A stretch of 64,000 bases of DNA, from the NCBI RefSeq assembly GCF_024700885.2, contig NZ_CP117016.1; one strand, written 5' to 3'. This document shows positions 21,285 to 32,922 of this stretch, in pieces. This DNA comes from Escherichia coli (GTDB taxonomy: Bacteria > Pseudomonadota > Gammaproteobacteria > Enterobacterales > Enterobacteriaceae). Positions within the stretch are counted from its first letter, which is position 1, and each line of letters starts with the position of its first letter. Both the position numbers and the translations under genes were made by a program. The notes under the pieces were generated by a model. It did no database searches and was not told where the DNA came from. It saw only the letters and a list, made by a program, of their open reading frames with translations.

Positions 21285-22233
21285 ATATCTGATAATCAAT
21301 TTCCTCTTCACTGTTTTCCATCACCTGGCGCTTGATATCCTCAACTGACAGTCCTGCATTACAAAGTTCCAGAAAGCGCCAGACATAGTTACGCTGAAGT
21401 TGTCCTCGCTTGAGTCCCAACCAGACAGTATTAGCATCGAAAAGATGCCGCGTATCCAGGCGGATTAAATTCTTTTCCTCTTGTTCACCGCTGGATTGTT
21501 CGGCAACTAATCCGATCCCAAGCCCAAGAGCAACATAGGTTTTAATGACATCAGAATCCTGCGCACTTAATACAATATCTGCCAGCAAACCTTTGCGGGC
21601 AAATGCGTCATCAATACGTGAGCGCCCCGTAATCCCCTGTCGGTAAGTGATTAACGGCCACTTCGCTATTGATTCCAGCGTCAATGGTGTAATTTGCGTC
21701 AAGGGATGATCGTGTGGAACAAGCAAACTATGGTGCCAACGAAACCACGGGAAGGCGACGAGCTGCGGGTCATTACTCAAACGCTCGCTGGCGATACCAA
21801 TATCAGCTTCGCCATTTTGCAACAACGTCGCAATTTCCTGTGGCGTACCCTGGATTAGCTCCAGCCGAACCTCCGGGAAAAGTTCGCGAAAAGCTTTAAT
21901 GACCTCAGGCAAGCTATAACGTGCCTGAGTATGCGTTGTTGCAATAGTGAGAACGCCAGACGTATCGTTGGTAAACAGGTCTGCAAGCCGACGAACATTA
22001 CTGGCTTCATTCAGAATACGTTCTGCAATGACCAGTAATGCTTTGCCCGGTTCAGTCATGCCCAGCAGTCGCTTACCTCGTCGAACAAATATTTCGATGC
22101 CAAGTTCATCCTCCAGTTCCCGAATATGACGGCTGACGCCGGACTGTGAGGTAAAAAGCATATTCGCAACCTCTGTCAGGTTGTAATCCTGACGTGCAGC
22201 CTCGCGGATTATCTTTAGTTGTTGGAAATTCAC
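21283..22233 (-). CDS. cbl: LysR-family regulator of the sulfonate/taurine utilisation regulon
   Basis: 316 aa with N-terminal LysR HTH; adjacent to nac. Confidence 0.85.
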   Translation of the reverse strand: MNFQQLKIIREAARQDYNLTEVANMLFTSQSGVSRHIRELEDELGIEIFVRRGKRLLGMTEPGKALLVIAERILNEASNVRRLADLFTNDTSGVLTIATTHTQARYSLPEVIKAFRELFPEVRLELIQGTPQEIATLLQNGEADIGIASERLSNDPQLVAFPWFRWHHSLLVPHDHPLTQITPLTLESIAKWPLITYRQGITGRSRIDDAFARKGLLADIVLSAQDSDVIKTYVALGLGIGLVAEQSSGEQEEKNLIRLDTRHLFDANTVWLGLKRGQLQRNYVWRFLELCNAGLSVEDIKRQVMENSEEEIDYQI

Positions 22234-22334
22234 GGTAAACTCCGGGCAGTTCAGATTTTCCGTTATTGTTAAAGTCTAATGCCCGGCATAACAAATAATA
22301 AAAACCCGCATCTTATTCCATCCCGATATAACGC

Positions 22335-23252
22335 TTAGCTCACCAATTGCCACTGCCTTTTTTCCATCACTGGAGAACTCATCACTGACATTAACAACTC
22401 TTTCACTGCCTGTGCCTGTGGTGATAAGTTCGCTCTGGCGGGTAAATTTAATGACAAAGAGAGACTCATGGAAGGTGTGGTAATGCGTGACATCCACCCG
22501 TTTACTGCGCCACATAACGAACGCGCGGCCGATTCGGGTAATACTGCAACGCCCATGCCGCTGGCAATCGCTGCGGTAAGCGTGGCAATAGACTCAATTT
22601 CACCAATGACTTTTGCCGTGAGTCGCCGTAGGGAAAAAGCCTCATCAACACGAAGTCTAACAGCACTGTAATCACTGGGAAGAAAGAGGTTCATTTGCGC
22701 AATAGCATTAACATCAACGCTTTGCCCCGGACAATCTTGAGTCCCTACCAGGAAAAGATCTTCTTTCAGTAAAGCCTGACTGGATACACCAGCCACAGGG
22801 GAATGCTCATAAATCACCGCCATATCGAGTTGGTGATTTATCAGTTTTTCGTTAAGCACTGCACCACTATTTTCATGAAGATAGATAACGACCTCCGGGA
22901 ATTCAGCGCGAACCGCCTGTAATAAGGGCATGGTGATGGATGACGCAGCGGTTCCTGGCGCAAAGCCAATCGAGACTTGCCCCGATAATGACTGACCAAC
23001 GTTATGCACCGCCAGTTGGGCCTGCTCACACTGACGTAAAATGGCCCGCGCATGGGTATAGAGAATTTTTCCGGCGTCTGTTGGCGTAACGCCCCGTTTT
23101 GTGCGAATCAAAAGTTGTTGATTTAACTCACCTTCCAGTGTGGCAACCTGCTGGCTGAGCGCTGGTTGTGCGATATGCAATACTTCAGCAGCCTGAGTCA
23201 GGCTACCAATATCTACAATTTTTACGAAGTATTTCAGGCGTCTGAAGTTCAT
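22335..23252 (-). CDS. nac: Nitrogen assimilation control protein (LysR family)
   Basis: 305 aa from MNFRRLKYFVKIVDIGSLTQAAE; a sigma-54 promoter lies upstream. Confidence 0.85.
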   Translation of the reverse strand: MNFRRLKYFVKIVDIGSLTQAAEVLHIAQPALSQQVATLEGELNQQLLIRTKRGVTPTDAGKILYTHARAILRQCEQAQLAVHNVGQSLSGQVSIGFAPGTAASSITMPLLQAVRAEFPEVVIYLHENSGAVLNEKLINHQLDMAVIYEHSPVAGVSSQALLKEDLFLVGTQDCPGQSVDVNAIAQMNLFLPSDYSAVRLRVDEAFSLRRLTAKVIGEIESIATLTAAIASGMGVAVLPESAARSLCGAVNGWMSRITTPSMSLSLSLNLPARANLSPQAQAVKELLMSVMSSPVMEKRQWQLVS

Positions 23253-23307
23253 GTTGCCTCCGGTTTTTGAGAATCGGCCCAAGTGCCGCCATTACTTACA
23301 ACCAGAC

Positions 23308-23324
23308 TGCAAGATGCTTGCCAG
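23308..23324 (-). promoter_or_regulatory. Sigma-54 (-24/-12) promoter of nac
   Basis: Minus strand reads TGGCAA-gcatc-TTGCA with canonical GG/GC spacing, about 55 nt upstream of the nac start. Confidence 0.5.
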
Positions 23325-23577
23325 TTTTATTTTGGCGTTGATGTACAAGCTAACCAACTGTCAAATAAGAGATTATGATAGATTCGTCATTGGCTCTTTT
23401 CACCAGCAGTCGCGTTCCCCTGCCCTATAAAAGGAGGGTATGCACCACGATGGTTCATTACCAATAAGATTGAAATCTCATCACTTTGTTGAAATTGACA
23501 GCAAACAAACAAAAAAATGCATTTCACCCTTTGACATCACCATGCACTGCCATTAATATGCGCCCCGTTCACACGAT

Positions 23578-23653
23578 TCCTCTGTAGTTCAGTCGGTAGA
23601 ACGGCGGACTGTTAATCCGTATGTCACTGGTTCGAGTCCAGTCAGAGGAGCCA
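23578..23653 (+). tRNA. asnV: tRNA-Asn
   Basis: Identical 76-nt tRNA-Asn sequence. Confidence 0.95.
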
Positions 23654-23658
23654 AATTC

Positions 23659-23688
23659 AAAAAAGCCTGCTTTCTAGCAGGCTTTTTG
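23659..23688 (+). terminator. Rho-independent terminator after asnV
   Basis: aaaaagcctgc-tttcta-gcaggcttttt. Confidence 0.6.
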
Positions 23689-23708
23689 CTTTCTAATTAC
23701 CAACGCTC

Positions 23709-24641
23709 TTAAAACATCTGTCTTGAACCAGAACTAATTTGCACAGGCATTCCCGATCGACGTTGCAACGCAGCATTTGCGCGATTCACATCAACTTCTT
23801 GCCCGTTGATAAACGCCCGCAAAGATGGGGTTACCGGCAATGGCACTTTTCGGTCAGACTCATATTCTGCACGATTGCGCGACAGCGGCTCATGAACTTC
23901 CAGCCAGTTCGAGCCATCTGGTTCAGTGGTGTATTTTACTGGCTGGTCGATAATTTGCACACGCGTTCCAACAGGAACATTATCAAACAGATATTTGATA
24001 TCGTCATTGCGCAGACGAATACAGCCCTGACTTACCCGAAGTCCAATACCAAAATTGGCATTGGTACCGTGGATGGCATACAACCTGCCAATATAAATCG
24101 CGTACAGCCCCATGGGATTATCGGGCCCCGCAGGAACAAATGCGGGCAAACTCTCCCCTCGTTTCGCATATTCGCGCCGAGTGTTCGGCGTTGGCGTCCA
24201 GGTTGGAGCTTCTTGTTTACGTTCAACGGTAGTCACCCAGTTACGCGGGGTTTCTCGCCCAGCCTGGCCGATACCAATAGGAAAGACTTCCACAGTATTA
24301 CTGTCTGGCGGGTAGTAATAAAGACGCATCTCAGCGACGTTAACCACAATCCCTTTACGAACAGTGGCGGGCAAAATCAGTTGCTGCGGAATGGTGAGTT
24401 GCGAGCCAGACTTCGGCAAGAAAACATCAGCGCCCGGATTCGCTTCCAGCATGTTACTTAACCCTTGCCCGTATTGTGCGGCAAAAGTCTCCAGCGGCTG
24501 GGTATTGTGATCAGGAACAGTTACAGTAAGCGACTGCCCCACCAAACGGCTACCCTCTGGAGGTAATGGATAAGTTACCGCCAGGCTAGTATGGCTGGCA
24601 AAAAGCAGAGCAAATGAGCAAAGAATATTTACACGACGCAT
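23709..24641 (-). CDS. ldtA: L,D-transpeptidase (YkuD domain)
   Basis: 310 aa from [15 protein letters not shown] (signal peptide); catalytic HGT…GCIRL motif. Confidence 0.8.
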   Translation of the reverse strand: MRRVNILCSFALLFASHTSLAVTYPLPPEGSRLVGQSLTVTVPDHNTQPLETFAAQYGQGLSNMLEANPGADVFLPKSGSQLTIPQQLILPATVRKGIVVNVAEMRLYYYPPDSNTVEVFPIGIGQAGRETPRNWVTTVERKQEAPTWTPTPNTRREYAKRGESLPAFVPAGPDNPMGLYAIYIGRLYAIHGTNANFGIGLRVSQGCIRLRNDDIKYLFDNVPVGTRVQIIDQPVKYTTEPDGSNWLEVHEPLSRNRAEYESDRKVPLPVTPSLRAFINGQEVDVNRANAALQRRSGMPVQISSGSRQMF

Positions 24642-24705
24642 CATGTCCCTTTCCTATGTCGCGAAAGCTATCCGTTAAGTATAGCTTTTATCAGACTTTT
24701 CGTTT

Positions 24706-25785
24706 TTAACTGTTCAAATCAGAAGTCGTATTCCCCGGTAGAACAATATTACTGGCAGCAAGTTCGCCCATGTTGTTATATATCGCACAGGCAGCTTCGA
24801 TGATGGGCATCGCCAGAGCTGCGCCACTCCCCTCACCTAAACGCATCTCCATATTGAGATAAGGCTCCAGCCCCAAATGCGACAGCGCTATACGCGCCCC
24901 TTTTTCTGCCGACAGGTGAGAAGGAATGAGATACGGTTTGATTGCAGGAGACATCTGGCAGGCTGCGAGCGCAGCAGCATAAGAAAGAAATCCATCCAGC
25001 AACACGGGTAAACCGCAGGAAGCAGCGCCTAACATCACGCCAGCCATTCCGACCAAATCAAATCCCCCCACTTTTGCCAGAACATCAACGCCATCCTGCG
25101 GATTTGGTTGATTCAACGTAATCGCCCGGCGCACAACATCAATTTTATTAGCCAGTTTATCTGTCGGCAGGTTTGCGCCAATCCCAACCACTTCTTCAGG
25201 ATCCCGGCCAGTGATTGTGCTGACTATTGCCGCTGCCGGTGTCGTGTTTGCCATCCCCAGTTCACCTACACCAAACAGCGTGACACCGTTTTTTGCCAGC
25301 TCCCGCGTATAACATATGACGTCCAAAAGCAACTTTTCAGCCTGACGGCGACTCATTGCCGGAGCTGAAGCAATATTGCCGCTACCTCGTGCGACACGCA
25401 TGTTGATAAGCCCGGGGATAGGCTCAGCACTATCAATACCAACATCAACTACGTGGACGTTAGCGCCCGCTTGTGCTGCCAGCACACACACGCCGGTTGT
25501 TCCGCGGGTCATATTTTCAGCCTGAATGGCTGTCACTTCTTTTGGGGAAATAGCGACCCCTTCCTCCCAGACGCCGTGATCGGCACACATAACCAGTACC
25601 GCTTTTTTGCCCACATGCGGTATGCCATTCAACCCCGGCATTCCCGCCAGTTGTATGGCAAGCGCCTCCAGCCTTCCCAGGCTACCAACAGGTTTGAGTA
25701 ACCCGTCAATATGCCGTTGTGCACGCGACATAGCGGCAGGATCGATAGCAGGGATCGTATTCAGTAAATCGGCAAGTGTTTGCAT
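24706..25785 (-). CDS. cobT: Nicotinate-nucleotide–dimethylbenzimidazole phosphoribosyltransferase
   Basis: 359 aa; conserved cobU-cobS-cobT operon. Confidence 0.9.
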   Translation of the reverse strand: MQTLADLLNTIPAIDPAAMSRAQRHIDGLLKPVGSLGRLEALAIQLAGMPGLNGIPHVGKKAVLVMCADHGVWEEGVAISPKEVTAIQAENMTRGTTGVCVLAAQAGANVHVVDVGIDSAEPIPGLINMRVARGSGNIASAPAMSRRQAEKLLLDVICYTRELAKNGVTLFGVGELGMANTTPAAAIVSTITGRDPEEVVGIGANLPTDKLANKIDVVRRAITLNQPNPQDGVDVLAKVGGFDLVGMAGVMLGAASCGLPVLLDGFLSYAAALAACQMSPAIKPYLIPSHLSAEKGARIALSHLGLEPYLNMEMRLGEGSGAALAMPIIEAACAIYNNMGELAASNIVLPGNTTSDLNS

Positions 25786-25796
25786 GTCACGTCTCT

Positions 25797-26540
25797 TTAT
25801 AGCAGTGCCAGCAGGAAGACCAGTTCACCAAGCTCTATAGCAGCTCCCAGCGTATCGCCGGTTTGCCCGCCCAGCGTACGTTTGAGAAGCTGACCGAGGA
25901 TGAAAATCGCCACCATCGTCACCACCATAGCAGCCACACCATGCATACCCGGCAATAATACGGCAGCAAAAATAGCGGCTAAGCCGAGTGTGACGCAGGT
26001 TTGTCGCCCATCAATTTTGCCAATGAACACATTGCCAAGCCCTTCTTCCCGGGCATAACGATGACGATACATCAATAATGCGGCAGTCCCGCGGCTGACC
26101 GCACATGCTGCCGCCAGCGATGCAAGGATCGGTTCGCCACGCAGAGCCAACTCGCTTAATACCAGAATCTTTGCCAGTACAACAAAAATCAATGCCAGAC
26201 CGCCATGGGTGCCTAAACGGCTATCACGCATGATTTCCAACATGCGATCGCGGCTACGTGCAGAAAATACGCCATCACAGGTATCGGCGAGGCCGTCTAG
26301 GTGGAATCCCCCGGTCATCAGCGCCAGCACAAGTACGCTAAACAGTGCCGCCAGTGGTACGCCACACCATGCCTGCAGCACCATGAAGACCAGCCCGCTA
26401 ATCGCGCCAAGCAATAATCCAATTAAAGGAAAAGTAATAATACCGCGAGAATAATGCTCGAAATCCAGTCCCTGGGACCAGCGACGCAGTACAGGCAGAC
26501 GCGTAATAAATGAGAGCATCGCCCAAAATAATTTACTCAT
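25797..26540 (-). CDS. cobS: Cobalamin (5'-phosphate) synthase
   Basis: 247 aa from MSKLFWAML; membrane protein; start overlaps the cobU stop. Confidence 0.85.
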   Translation of the reverse strand: MSKLFWAMLSFITRLPVLRRWSQGLDFEHYSRGIITFPLIGLLLGAISGLVFMVLQAWCGVPLAALFSVLVLALMTGGFHLDGLADTCDGVFSARSRDRMLEIMRDSRLGTHGGLALIFVVLAKILVLSELALRGEPILASLAAACAVSRGTAALLMYRHRYAREEGLGNVFIGKIDGRQTCVTLGLAAIFAAVLLPGMHGVAAMVVTMVAIFILGQLLKRTLGGQTGDTLGAAIELGELVFLLALL

Positions 26541-27082
26541 TTGATTTTTACTCCAATACCCGAAACCACCAGCCATACTTCATTTGCCGCAGCGGCCAGC
26601 TGCTGATTTACCCGCCCGGCAATATCACGAAAATGTCGTGCCAGACGACTCTCCGGCACAATCCCCATTCCCACTTCGTTAGTCACTAATACAACCTTTG
26701 CGGGGCAACGTTGGCAGGCAGCAATCAACGACTGAATCTCAGCATTAATCGCCTGTTCCATCGCCTGATAATCCCATTCATCAGGGTCTTTATCGCCGCC
26801 ATAATCAAACAACAGATTAGTCACCATTGTGGTAACGCATTCCAGCAACACAGCTTCATGCGGGTTAATGTCTGCATAAATTAATTCATCAAGATGTTGC
26901 CAACGCTCCACCGTGCGCCAGTGCGCCGGACGGCCTTGCCGATGATGTTCTATCCGTGCAGCCATCTCGCCATCAAGGATTTGCGAGGTGGCGATATACA
27001 GAACCTGTGAAGAGTCCCCAATAAGCGCCTCTGCGTGGCGACTCTTCCCGCTCCGTGCGCCCCCCGTCACCAAAATCATCAT
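26537..27082 (-). CDS. cobU: Adenosylcobinamide kinase / adenosylcobinamide-phosphate guanylyltransferase
   Basis: 181 aa with P-loop GGARSGKS. Confidence 0.9.
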   Translation of the reverse strand: MMILVTGGARSGKSRHAEALIGDSSQVLYIATSQILDGEMAARIEHHRQGRPAHWRTVERWQHLDELIYADINPHEAVLLECVTTMVTNLLFDYGGDKDPDEWDYQAMEQAINAEIQSLIAACQRCPAKVVLVTNEVGMGIVPESRLARHFRDIAGRVNQQLAAAANEVWLVVSGIGVKIK

Positions 27083-28570
27083 ACCGACTCCTGATTCAAT
27101 TGTATGATGGTATTCATTGAACAGAACAATGGATCCCCCACCATTGCTGACCGCAAAACATTTACACGATCAATACTGCGCGTAATATAATTAAAAATCC
27201 AGCATTCTCAATCCATTACGAAAGAAGATGGCATTGTGGAATAGCCAGACTTCCTCGTGTTAACGTCCGACAAAATGCGTCATTGACAGCGGTTTCTGTG
27301 GATTGACACATTTCATTCAGATAATGAATTAATGCTACTGCCGGACCAACCAGCAAACGGGCATTGTGTTCTGAAATCCAGGCTATTGATTCAACGTCAG
27401 CGACAGATCTGCGCTGTAAAAGAACTTGTAAAACAACGCAATAGAATTATCCGGAATGGTGGCGACTATGCACTAGAACACCACAATTTCGCTCTCTCGG
27501 TAAGGCACTGTCACAGCATTCAACAGAATGTGACTTGCCAGATTTATTAGCGCCACCAGATGTTTAACCGGGTAACCACGACCCAGTCGGGGATATATTC
27601 CATCTTCTCGCTGACATCATCAAGAATAAAAAGGTTTATCACACTCAGAGCAACGTTCTTCAGCAGGCGGGATAATTCTTCAACATTTAAAAGATGTGTT
27701 ATTAAAGGCATACAAACTGGACGTATTGTATTTTCTTTTGGTGGTTGACCTAAGGTAGCAGTTTATCCTGATGCGCTGAGATTTCTGTAATATCTACGTC
27801 AACATTCTCCTCGAATAGAAAATGCAGCCTCGGCAAGTGATTCACATTTTTTAACAAAACGTTGTTAGCGTGCCATTTTCAGAAGCTCTCCAAGAAAGCG
27901 AATTCTTTTCTCAAATTCTGCATTCTCAGACACAGCTTTCTACTCCATGGCAATGGCCCAAATACGAAGTTGCTCAGGATCATTAGTGGTGCTGAGAAGT
28001 TAAATAACCATGCGGAGTACCACTCGTCATCACGTATTTATATATCATGAAGCTATTGTTGTGTTTTGTACATCAGTAGATGTATTCTGATATACTCCTT
28101 TTGCTAGACATAACCTTTCACCTGCTTGCAAAGCTTCTGTGTTCTGACATTGCCAAATTGTTGCAATTCTGTATCCAGCCTTCTTTCAGTCATAGCTTCG
28201 GGCCGCGATAAGACTCACTGATCTGACCCTGATTCCTCTTGCAGACTTTATAGACCAATTAAAATGCAGTTTCTGCAGGTCAACGTCTGACCATCATTGT
28301 CATCACTCTGGCCATTAGAGTAACCTTCTGCATTCATCCTTTTGTAAAAAGTTTATGTCAGTATCAGCAATTAACCGGACCTGATACTGATATGAGTCTT
28401 ACCGCATATACGGTCAATTTCAGCAATTAATTACATTATCCACGCCAAAGTGTTTGTCATCGCAATGATGGTACCTTCTTTCAGACACCATTTTTTCAAC
28501 TCCGTTTTCCACGGACCGCACTCTTATGTCAAGAGTGCGGTGATCCTACCCACGTAATATGGACACAGGC

Positions 28571-29393
28571 CTAAGCGAGGTTCTTGTTTTCAAATTGTTC
28601 CGGACTGAGGCCGCCACACCAACTGTGCCGCCGCCACCGATTGTAATCACATTCGATATAATTAAACACCGTTGCCCGCATTATTTCCCGGCTGATAAAG
28701 TGTTCTCCATGGATACATTCCACTTTCAGCGAATGAAAGAAGCTTTCCACGCAGATTATGCCGCTTCAGTTGCGCCTGATAATCTGCTGAACAGTACTGG
28801 CCTCCACGGTCCGTGTGAACGATAACGTTCCGGGGCCTCTTACGCCGCCATAGCGCCATCTGCAGGGCATCGCAGGCCAGTTGCGCCGTCATGCGTGGCG
28901 ACATTGACCAGCCAATAACGGCACGTGACCACAGGTCAATGACCACTGCCAGATACAGCCAGCCTTCATCTGTACGTAAGTACGTGATGTCTCCTGCCCA
29001 CTTCTGGTTCGGGCCACTGGCGTAAAAATCCTGCTCCAACAGATTTTCTGACACAGGCAGGCCGTGTGCGCGGTAGCTGACCGGGCTGAACTTCCGGGAG
29101 GCCTTTGCCCTCAGTCCCTGACGGCGCAGGCTTGCCGCCACGGTTTTTACGTTAAAGGGGTAACCCTGAGCACGCAGTTCATCCGTCAGGCGTGGGGCAC
29201 CGTAACGCTGTTTTGACCGGGTAAAAGCCGCGAGGACAACGCTGTCGCAGTGTTGGCGGAACTGCTGACGCGTGCTTATCCTTGTCCGCCGCTGACACCA
29301 CGTATACCAGCCGCTGCGGGCCACCCGGAGCACGCGGCACATTGCTTTGATGCTGAACTCAGCCTGATGTTTTTCAATAAAGACATACTTCAT
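28571..29393 (-). pseudogene. insF: IS3 OrfB transposase disrupted by an internal out-of-frame deletion
   Basis: Translation matches InsF up to …KRHNLRG, then about 13 residues are missing and the remaining C-terminus ([18 protein letters not shown]…ENKNLA) continues in another frame. Confidence 0.8.
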
Positions 29394-29689
29394 TTCAGGC
29401 GCTTCGCGAAGTATGTCGCGGCCTTTTGGAGGATAGCCAGCTCTTCATCCCGTTCTGCCAGCTGGCGTTTGAGACGTGCAATCTCGGTAGACATCTCCAG
29501 TTCACGTTCAGAAGACGTCTGCTGATTTTGCTGTTTACTGCGCCAGTTGTAGAGCTGTGATTCATACAGGCTGAGTTCACGGGCTGCGGCAGTAACACCG
29601 ATGCGTTCAGCAAGCTTCAGGGCTTCACTGCGAAATTCAGGCGAATGCTGTTTACGGGGTTTTTTACTGGTTGATACTGTTTTTGTCAT
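29390..29689 (-). CDS. insE: IS3 OrfA transposase subunit
   Basis: 99 aa starting [25 protein letters not shown]. Confidence 0.85.
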   Translation of the reverse strand: MTKTVSTSKKPRKQHSPEFRSEALKLAERIGVTAAARELSLYESQLYNWRSKQQNQQTSSERELEMSTEIARLKRQLAERDEELAILQKAATYFAKRLK

Positions 29690-29775
29690 GTGAGTCACCT
29701 CTGACTGAGAGTTTACTCACTTAGCCGCGTGTCCACTATTGCTGGGTAAGATCACCTTATTGCTGCGCTGATAAT

Positions 29776-30606
29776 ATGGACCGCAAACCTATTGAAGATG
29801 TGATCTTCGAAATTAATAACTTTATCTCGCTCGGTGGTCGCACCATTGTTGATGCCACAGGGTCTGAGTCTATCGGACGAGATGCGCAGGCATTACGAGA
29901 AGTCGCATTAAAAACAGGTCTGAATATTGTTGCTTCCTCCGGTCCCTACCTGGAAAAATTTGAAAGCCAGAGAATTCATAAAACGGTTGATGAACTGGCG
30001 GCAACGATTGATAAAGAATTGAATCAAGGGATTGGCGATACGGATATTCGTGCCGGAATGATCGGTGAAATAGGTGTCTCACCGACATTTACCGAAGCCG
30101 AGCATAACAGCTTGCGGGCTGCCTCGCTGGCACAGATTAACAATCCTCATGTGGCGATGAATATTCACATGCCGGGCTGGCTTCGTCGCGGTGATGAAGT
30201 ACTCGACATTGTGTTAGGTGAAATGGGCGTCTCGCCAAATAAAGTCTCTCTCGCACACTCGGATCCGTCAGGAAAAGACGTGGCGTATCAGCGGAAAATG
30301 CTTGATAAGGGTGTCTGGCTGGAATTCGACATGATTGGCCTAGACATTACCTTCCCGAAAGAGGGAATAGCGCCAGGGGTGCAGGAGACTGCCGATGCCG
30401 TCGCTCATCTCATTGAGTTGGGATACGCCGATCAGCTTGTTCTCAGCCACGATGTCTTCCTTAAACAAATGTGGGCTAAAAATGGCGGTAATGGCTGGGG
30501 ATTTGTTCCAGATGTTTTTCTGGCCTATCTGGCGGAGCGCGGCGTCGATAAAACGATCCTCAAAAAACTCTGTATCGATAATCCCGGACGATTATTGACC
30601 GCATAA
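29776..30606 (+). CDS. Phosphotriesterase-related protein (amidohydrolase fold), probably N-terminally truncated by the IS3 insertion
   Basis: 276 aa with php/yhfV-like fold motifs; the reading frame is open back to the IS3 end at 29755 and lacks the N-terminal HxH metal-binding motif. Confidence 0.6.
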   Translation: MDRKPIEDVIFEINNFISLGGRTIVDATGSESIGRDAQALREVALKTGLNIVASSGPYLEKFESQRIHKTVDELAATIDKELNQGIGDTDIRAGMIGEIGVSPTFTEAEHNSLRAASLAQINNPHVAMNIHMPGWLRRGDEVLDIVLGEMGVSPNKVSLAHSDPSGKDVAYQRKMLDKGVWLEFDMIGLDITFPKEGIAPGVQETADAVAHLIELGYADQLVLSHDVFLKQMWAKNGGNGWGFVPDVFLAYLAERGVDKTILKKLCIDNPGRLLTA

Positions 30607-30613
30607 AACCATT

Positions 30614-30639
30614 ATCCCCCGGCACACTGCGCCGGGGGA
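30614..30639. terminator. Bidirectional hairpin terminator
   Basis: tcccccggc-acactgc-gccggggga between convergent ORFs. Confidence 0.5.
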
Positions 30640-30646
30640 TGTCAAT

Positions 30647-30990
30647 TAATACCCCGCCGTTAAATCATCCACCAAGCGCGAGTCGGATGCGCCGTACAAC
30701 TCACCATCCGACCCAACCATAATGCTTTGCGTGCTGCCCATCGCCTCATTCAGCGCCACTTTCTGACCTTTTGCTTCCAGCAGCTTGAGCGTATCCGGAC
30801 TAAACCCTTTTCAACACGCAGCTCGTCCGGCAACCACTGATGGTGGAAACGAGGCGCATTGGTCGCTTCGGCAACATTCATTCCACAATTGATGCTGTTC
30901 ACCACCATTTGCAGCACGGTAGTGATGATTCAGCTACCGGTAACAAAGTGAGTACATAAAGGCCATACTGTCACGAACAGTGCAAAAGTG
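30647..30990 (-). pseudogene. ggt: Gamma-glutamyltranspeptidase C-terminal fragment with frameshift and nonsense lesions
   Basis: Minus-strand translation …SIMVGSDGELYGASDSRLVDDLTAGY* and, in a shifted frame, …IITTVLQMVVNSINCGMNVAEATNAPRFHHQWLPDELRVEKG, matching the GGT small-subunit C-terminus. Confidence 0.6.
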
Positions 30991-31029
30991 GCTCTTCCGC
31001 AACCTAGGTGAAGATTTTCATGCCAGTGG

Positions 31030-32650
31030 ACTCATTACCCTCCGCCTAAGTAGTTCAAATCCGGCTCGACCATACATCTGGCGTATCAGCACCTTCAGGC
31101 GATTTACATGACCTTCGACAACACCATTACTCCAGCGACTGCTGATTGCCTCACATATAGCCGCAGCATCAGCTTCCATCCCCGCAGCTACGCACCGAAG
31201 TTCTGCTGAGCCGCTTTCGTGGACTCGAGTGAACCAGCTGCTTAGCTGTGATTTATTTTAGGTTTTCAGAATACGGTAGAACTCGAGTACCAGTTGCTGT
31301 GCTATTTTCAACTCCGGTTCTTTTTCACACATCAGACTAATAAATCGGGATGCATAATTTTCTTCGCCCCTGATTATTCTCCAGGGCATCAACCAGCGGC
31401 TTACCCGGAACACTGAAGGAAGTCTTGCGGCAGTAGTAACCGGTGGGTTCCAGCCTTTACGCCATTTGGCAACAGTATCCCTGACGATGGTTTCACTGCC
31501 TGTCCCCCCCCCTGGGCCACCATTTCCCGCCATATCCGGCTGGCATTATAATTACCACTTTCTCGTTGCTCTTTTAACCACTCCCTCCATGGGTCCAGAA
31601 GCCCTCGCTTTGGAGGCCGGGTTGACATTTCAGGGAATGTTCCTGAACGCACCCAGCGACTGACTGTCACTCGCGACAGGCCTGTAATACGGGATATTTC
31701 CCTGAAACTACATCCCTTGTTATGCAGGGCCATAACCTCTGTCCAATGCTGATGCCGTTTTTTGCGGGTTTGCTGTTTAAGGCGTTCCGGACGACGGAGC
31801 GATGCTACAGGCACAGATATTTCTGGCTCAGGTGATTTCTTCAGTGATAACTCTCTGACAACAAGACGTATCAGAGGCATATGTCTGTACATCATTCGTT
31901 CAGGCTCATCACCAATATTTTTTAGCAGGTGCCATCGATCGGCCACCTGTCTGGCCTGAGGTGCACCTTCACGTGCTGCTGTCGCATAGACTCCACTGCG
32001 ATCACGCGAGACAACCTGTATTTCCGGATATTTTCTGAACCAGGTCGCCAGCGTACGCTGATCACGGCCGGGAAGCAGGACGAGGGGACGGTGAGTATCA
32101 AGATTGACTATTAACATACCGCAGCAGTGGCCCCGATGCCACGCCCACTCATCAATACCGACATGAGGCGCGCCTGACTGTTTCGTCTCCGGGGTATTGA
32201 TAACCCTGCGAAGAAGAGTATCAGCACTGCAACGGAGACCCGCTGCCGTTGCAGCCCGTTTTCCAGCCTCACCTCCAGCTATTAATCCCAGTTGACGTTG
32301 TAAATTTTGTAACGCCTGTGAAGACTGTTGGTGTGAACCGGCGAAGGGAGCAAGCGACTCGGCAAAAATTTTACGTGAACAAGCTGGGTTACGGCAGTAC
32401 CAGTGGCGGACGGAAAATACAAGCCATAGCGTCTGTCCTGATCAGGGTAGATGCTGTATCCGGCGCCGACAACAACTATGAACAGAGTCGCTACGCTTAA
32501 AGCATTCAGGACATTGTGCTGTTTTGCGTTTTCCGTGGAGATGGAGGGTTATACCGTCAGAGCTAATAATTTGTCGACTGCATCGCCATCCGCAAGGTAA
32601 CTGTAGAAGTGTCTTAAGAGAGTGCATTGGGTTGCCCATAACTTAAAACA
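31030..32650 (-). pseudogene. ISL3-family transposase remnant (multiple frameshifts)
   Basis: Minus-strand fragments: zinc-finger N-terminus (CPECFKRSDSVHSCCRRR, 32442-32639), central region (VVSRDRSGVYATAAREGAPQARQVADRWHLLKN, 31401-32117) and C-terminus (SNGVVEGHVNRLKVLIRQMYGRAGFEL, about 31040-31130), split across three frames. Element boundaries are approximate. Confidence 0.55.
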
Positions 32651-32922
32651 GCTTAGATCCTTGTTCGCCAGAAAGTTTCATCCATTTTCTTCCACCCAGG
32701 TTGCGGAAGAACCACTTTTCATCCGTCGTTGACAGATGTGAAGTATGCGGGAGAAAAAGTGAATATCTAACTGTAATAACTCAGACCGGTACGAGTACTC
32801 GGGGCGTCTACAATCATTCAGGGCAAAGTGCTAAAATTTCTCTATCCCGGGATGCCCCTACCAACGCAGCACTCCCGGAGATATCATTACAGCTCTGCAA
32901 CTGATTTCCGCGACTGAACCGC

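Larger units (their letters stand above)
28541..29754 (-). mobile_element. IS3 copy carrying an internal ~44-bp deletion (1214 bp versus canonical 1258 bp)
   Basis: IS3 terminal sequences at both ends (TGATCCTACCCACGTAATATGGACAC at 28541; …GTGTCCACTATTGCTGGGTAAGATCA ending 29754); contains insE and a disrupted insF. Confidence 0.85.

Noticed and set aside
32249-32500. 83-codon plus-strand ORF
   Set aside because: Lies inside the ISL3 transposase remnant on the opposite strand.
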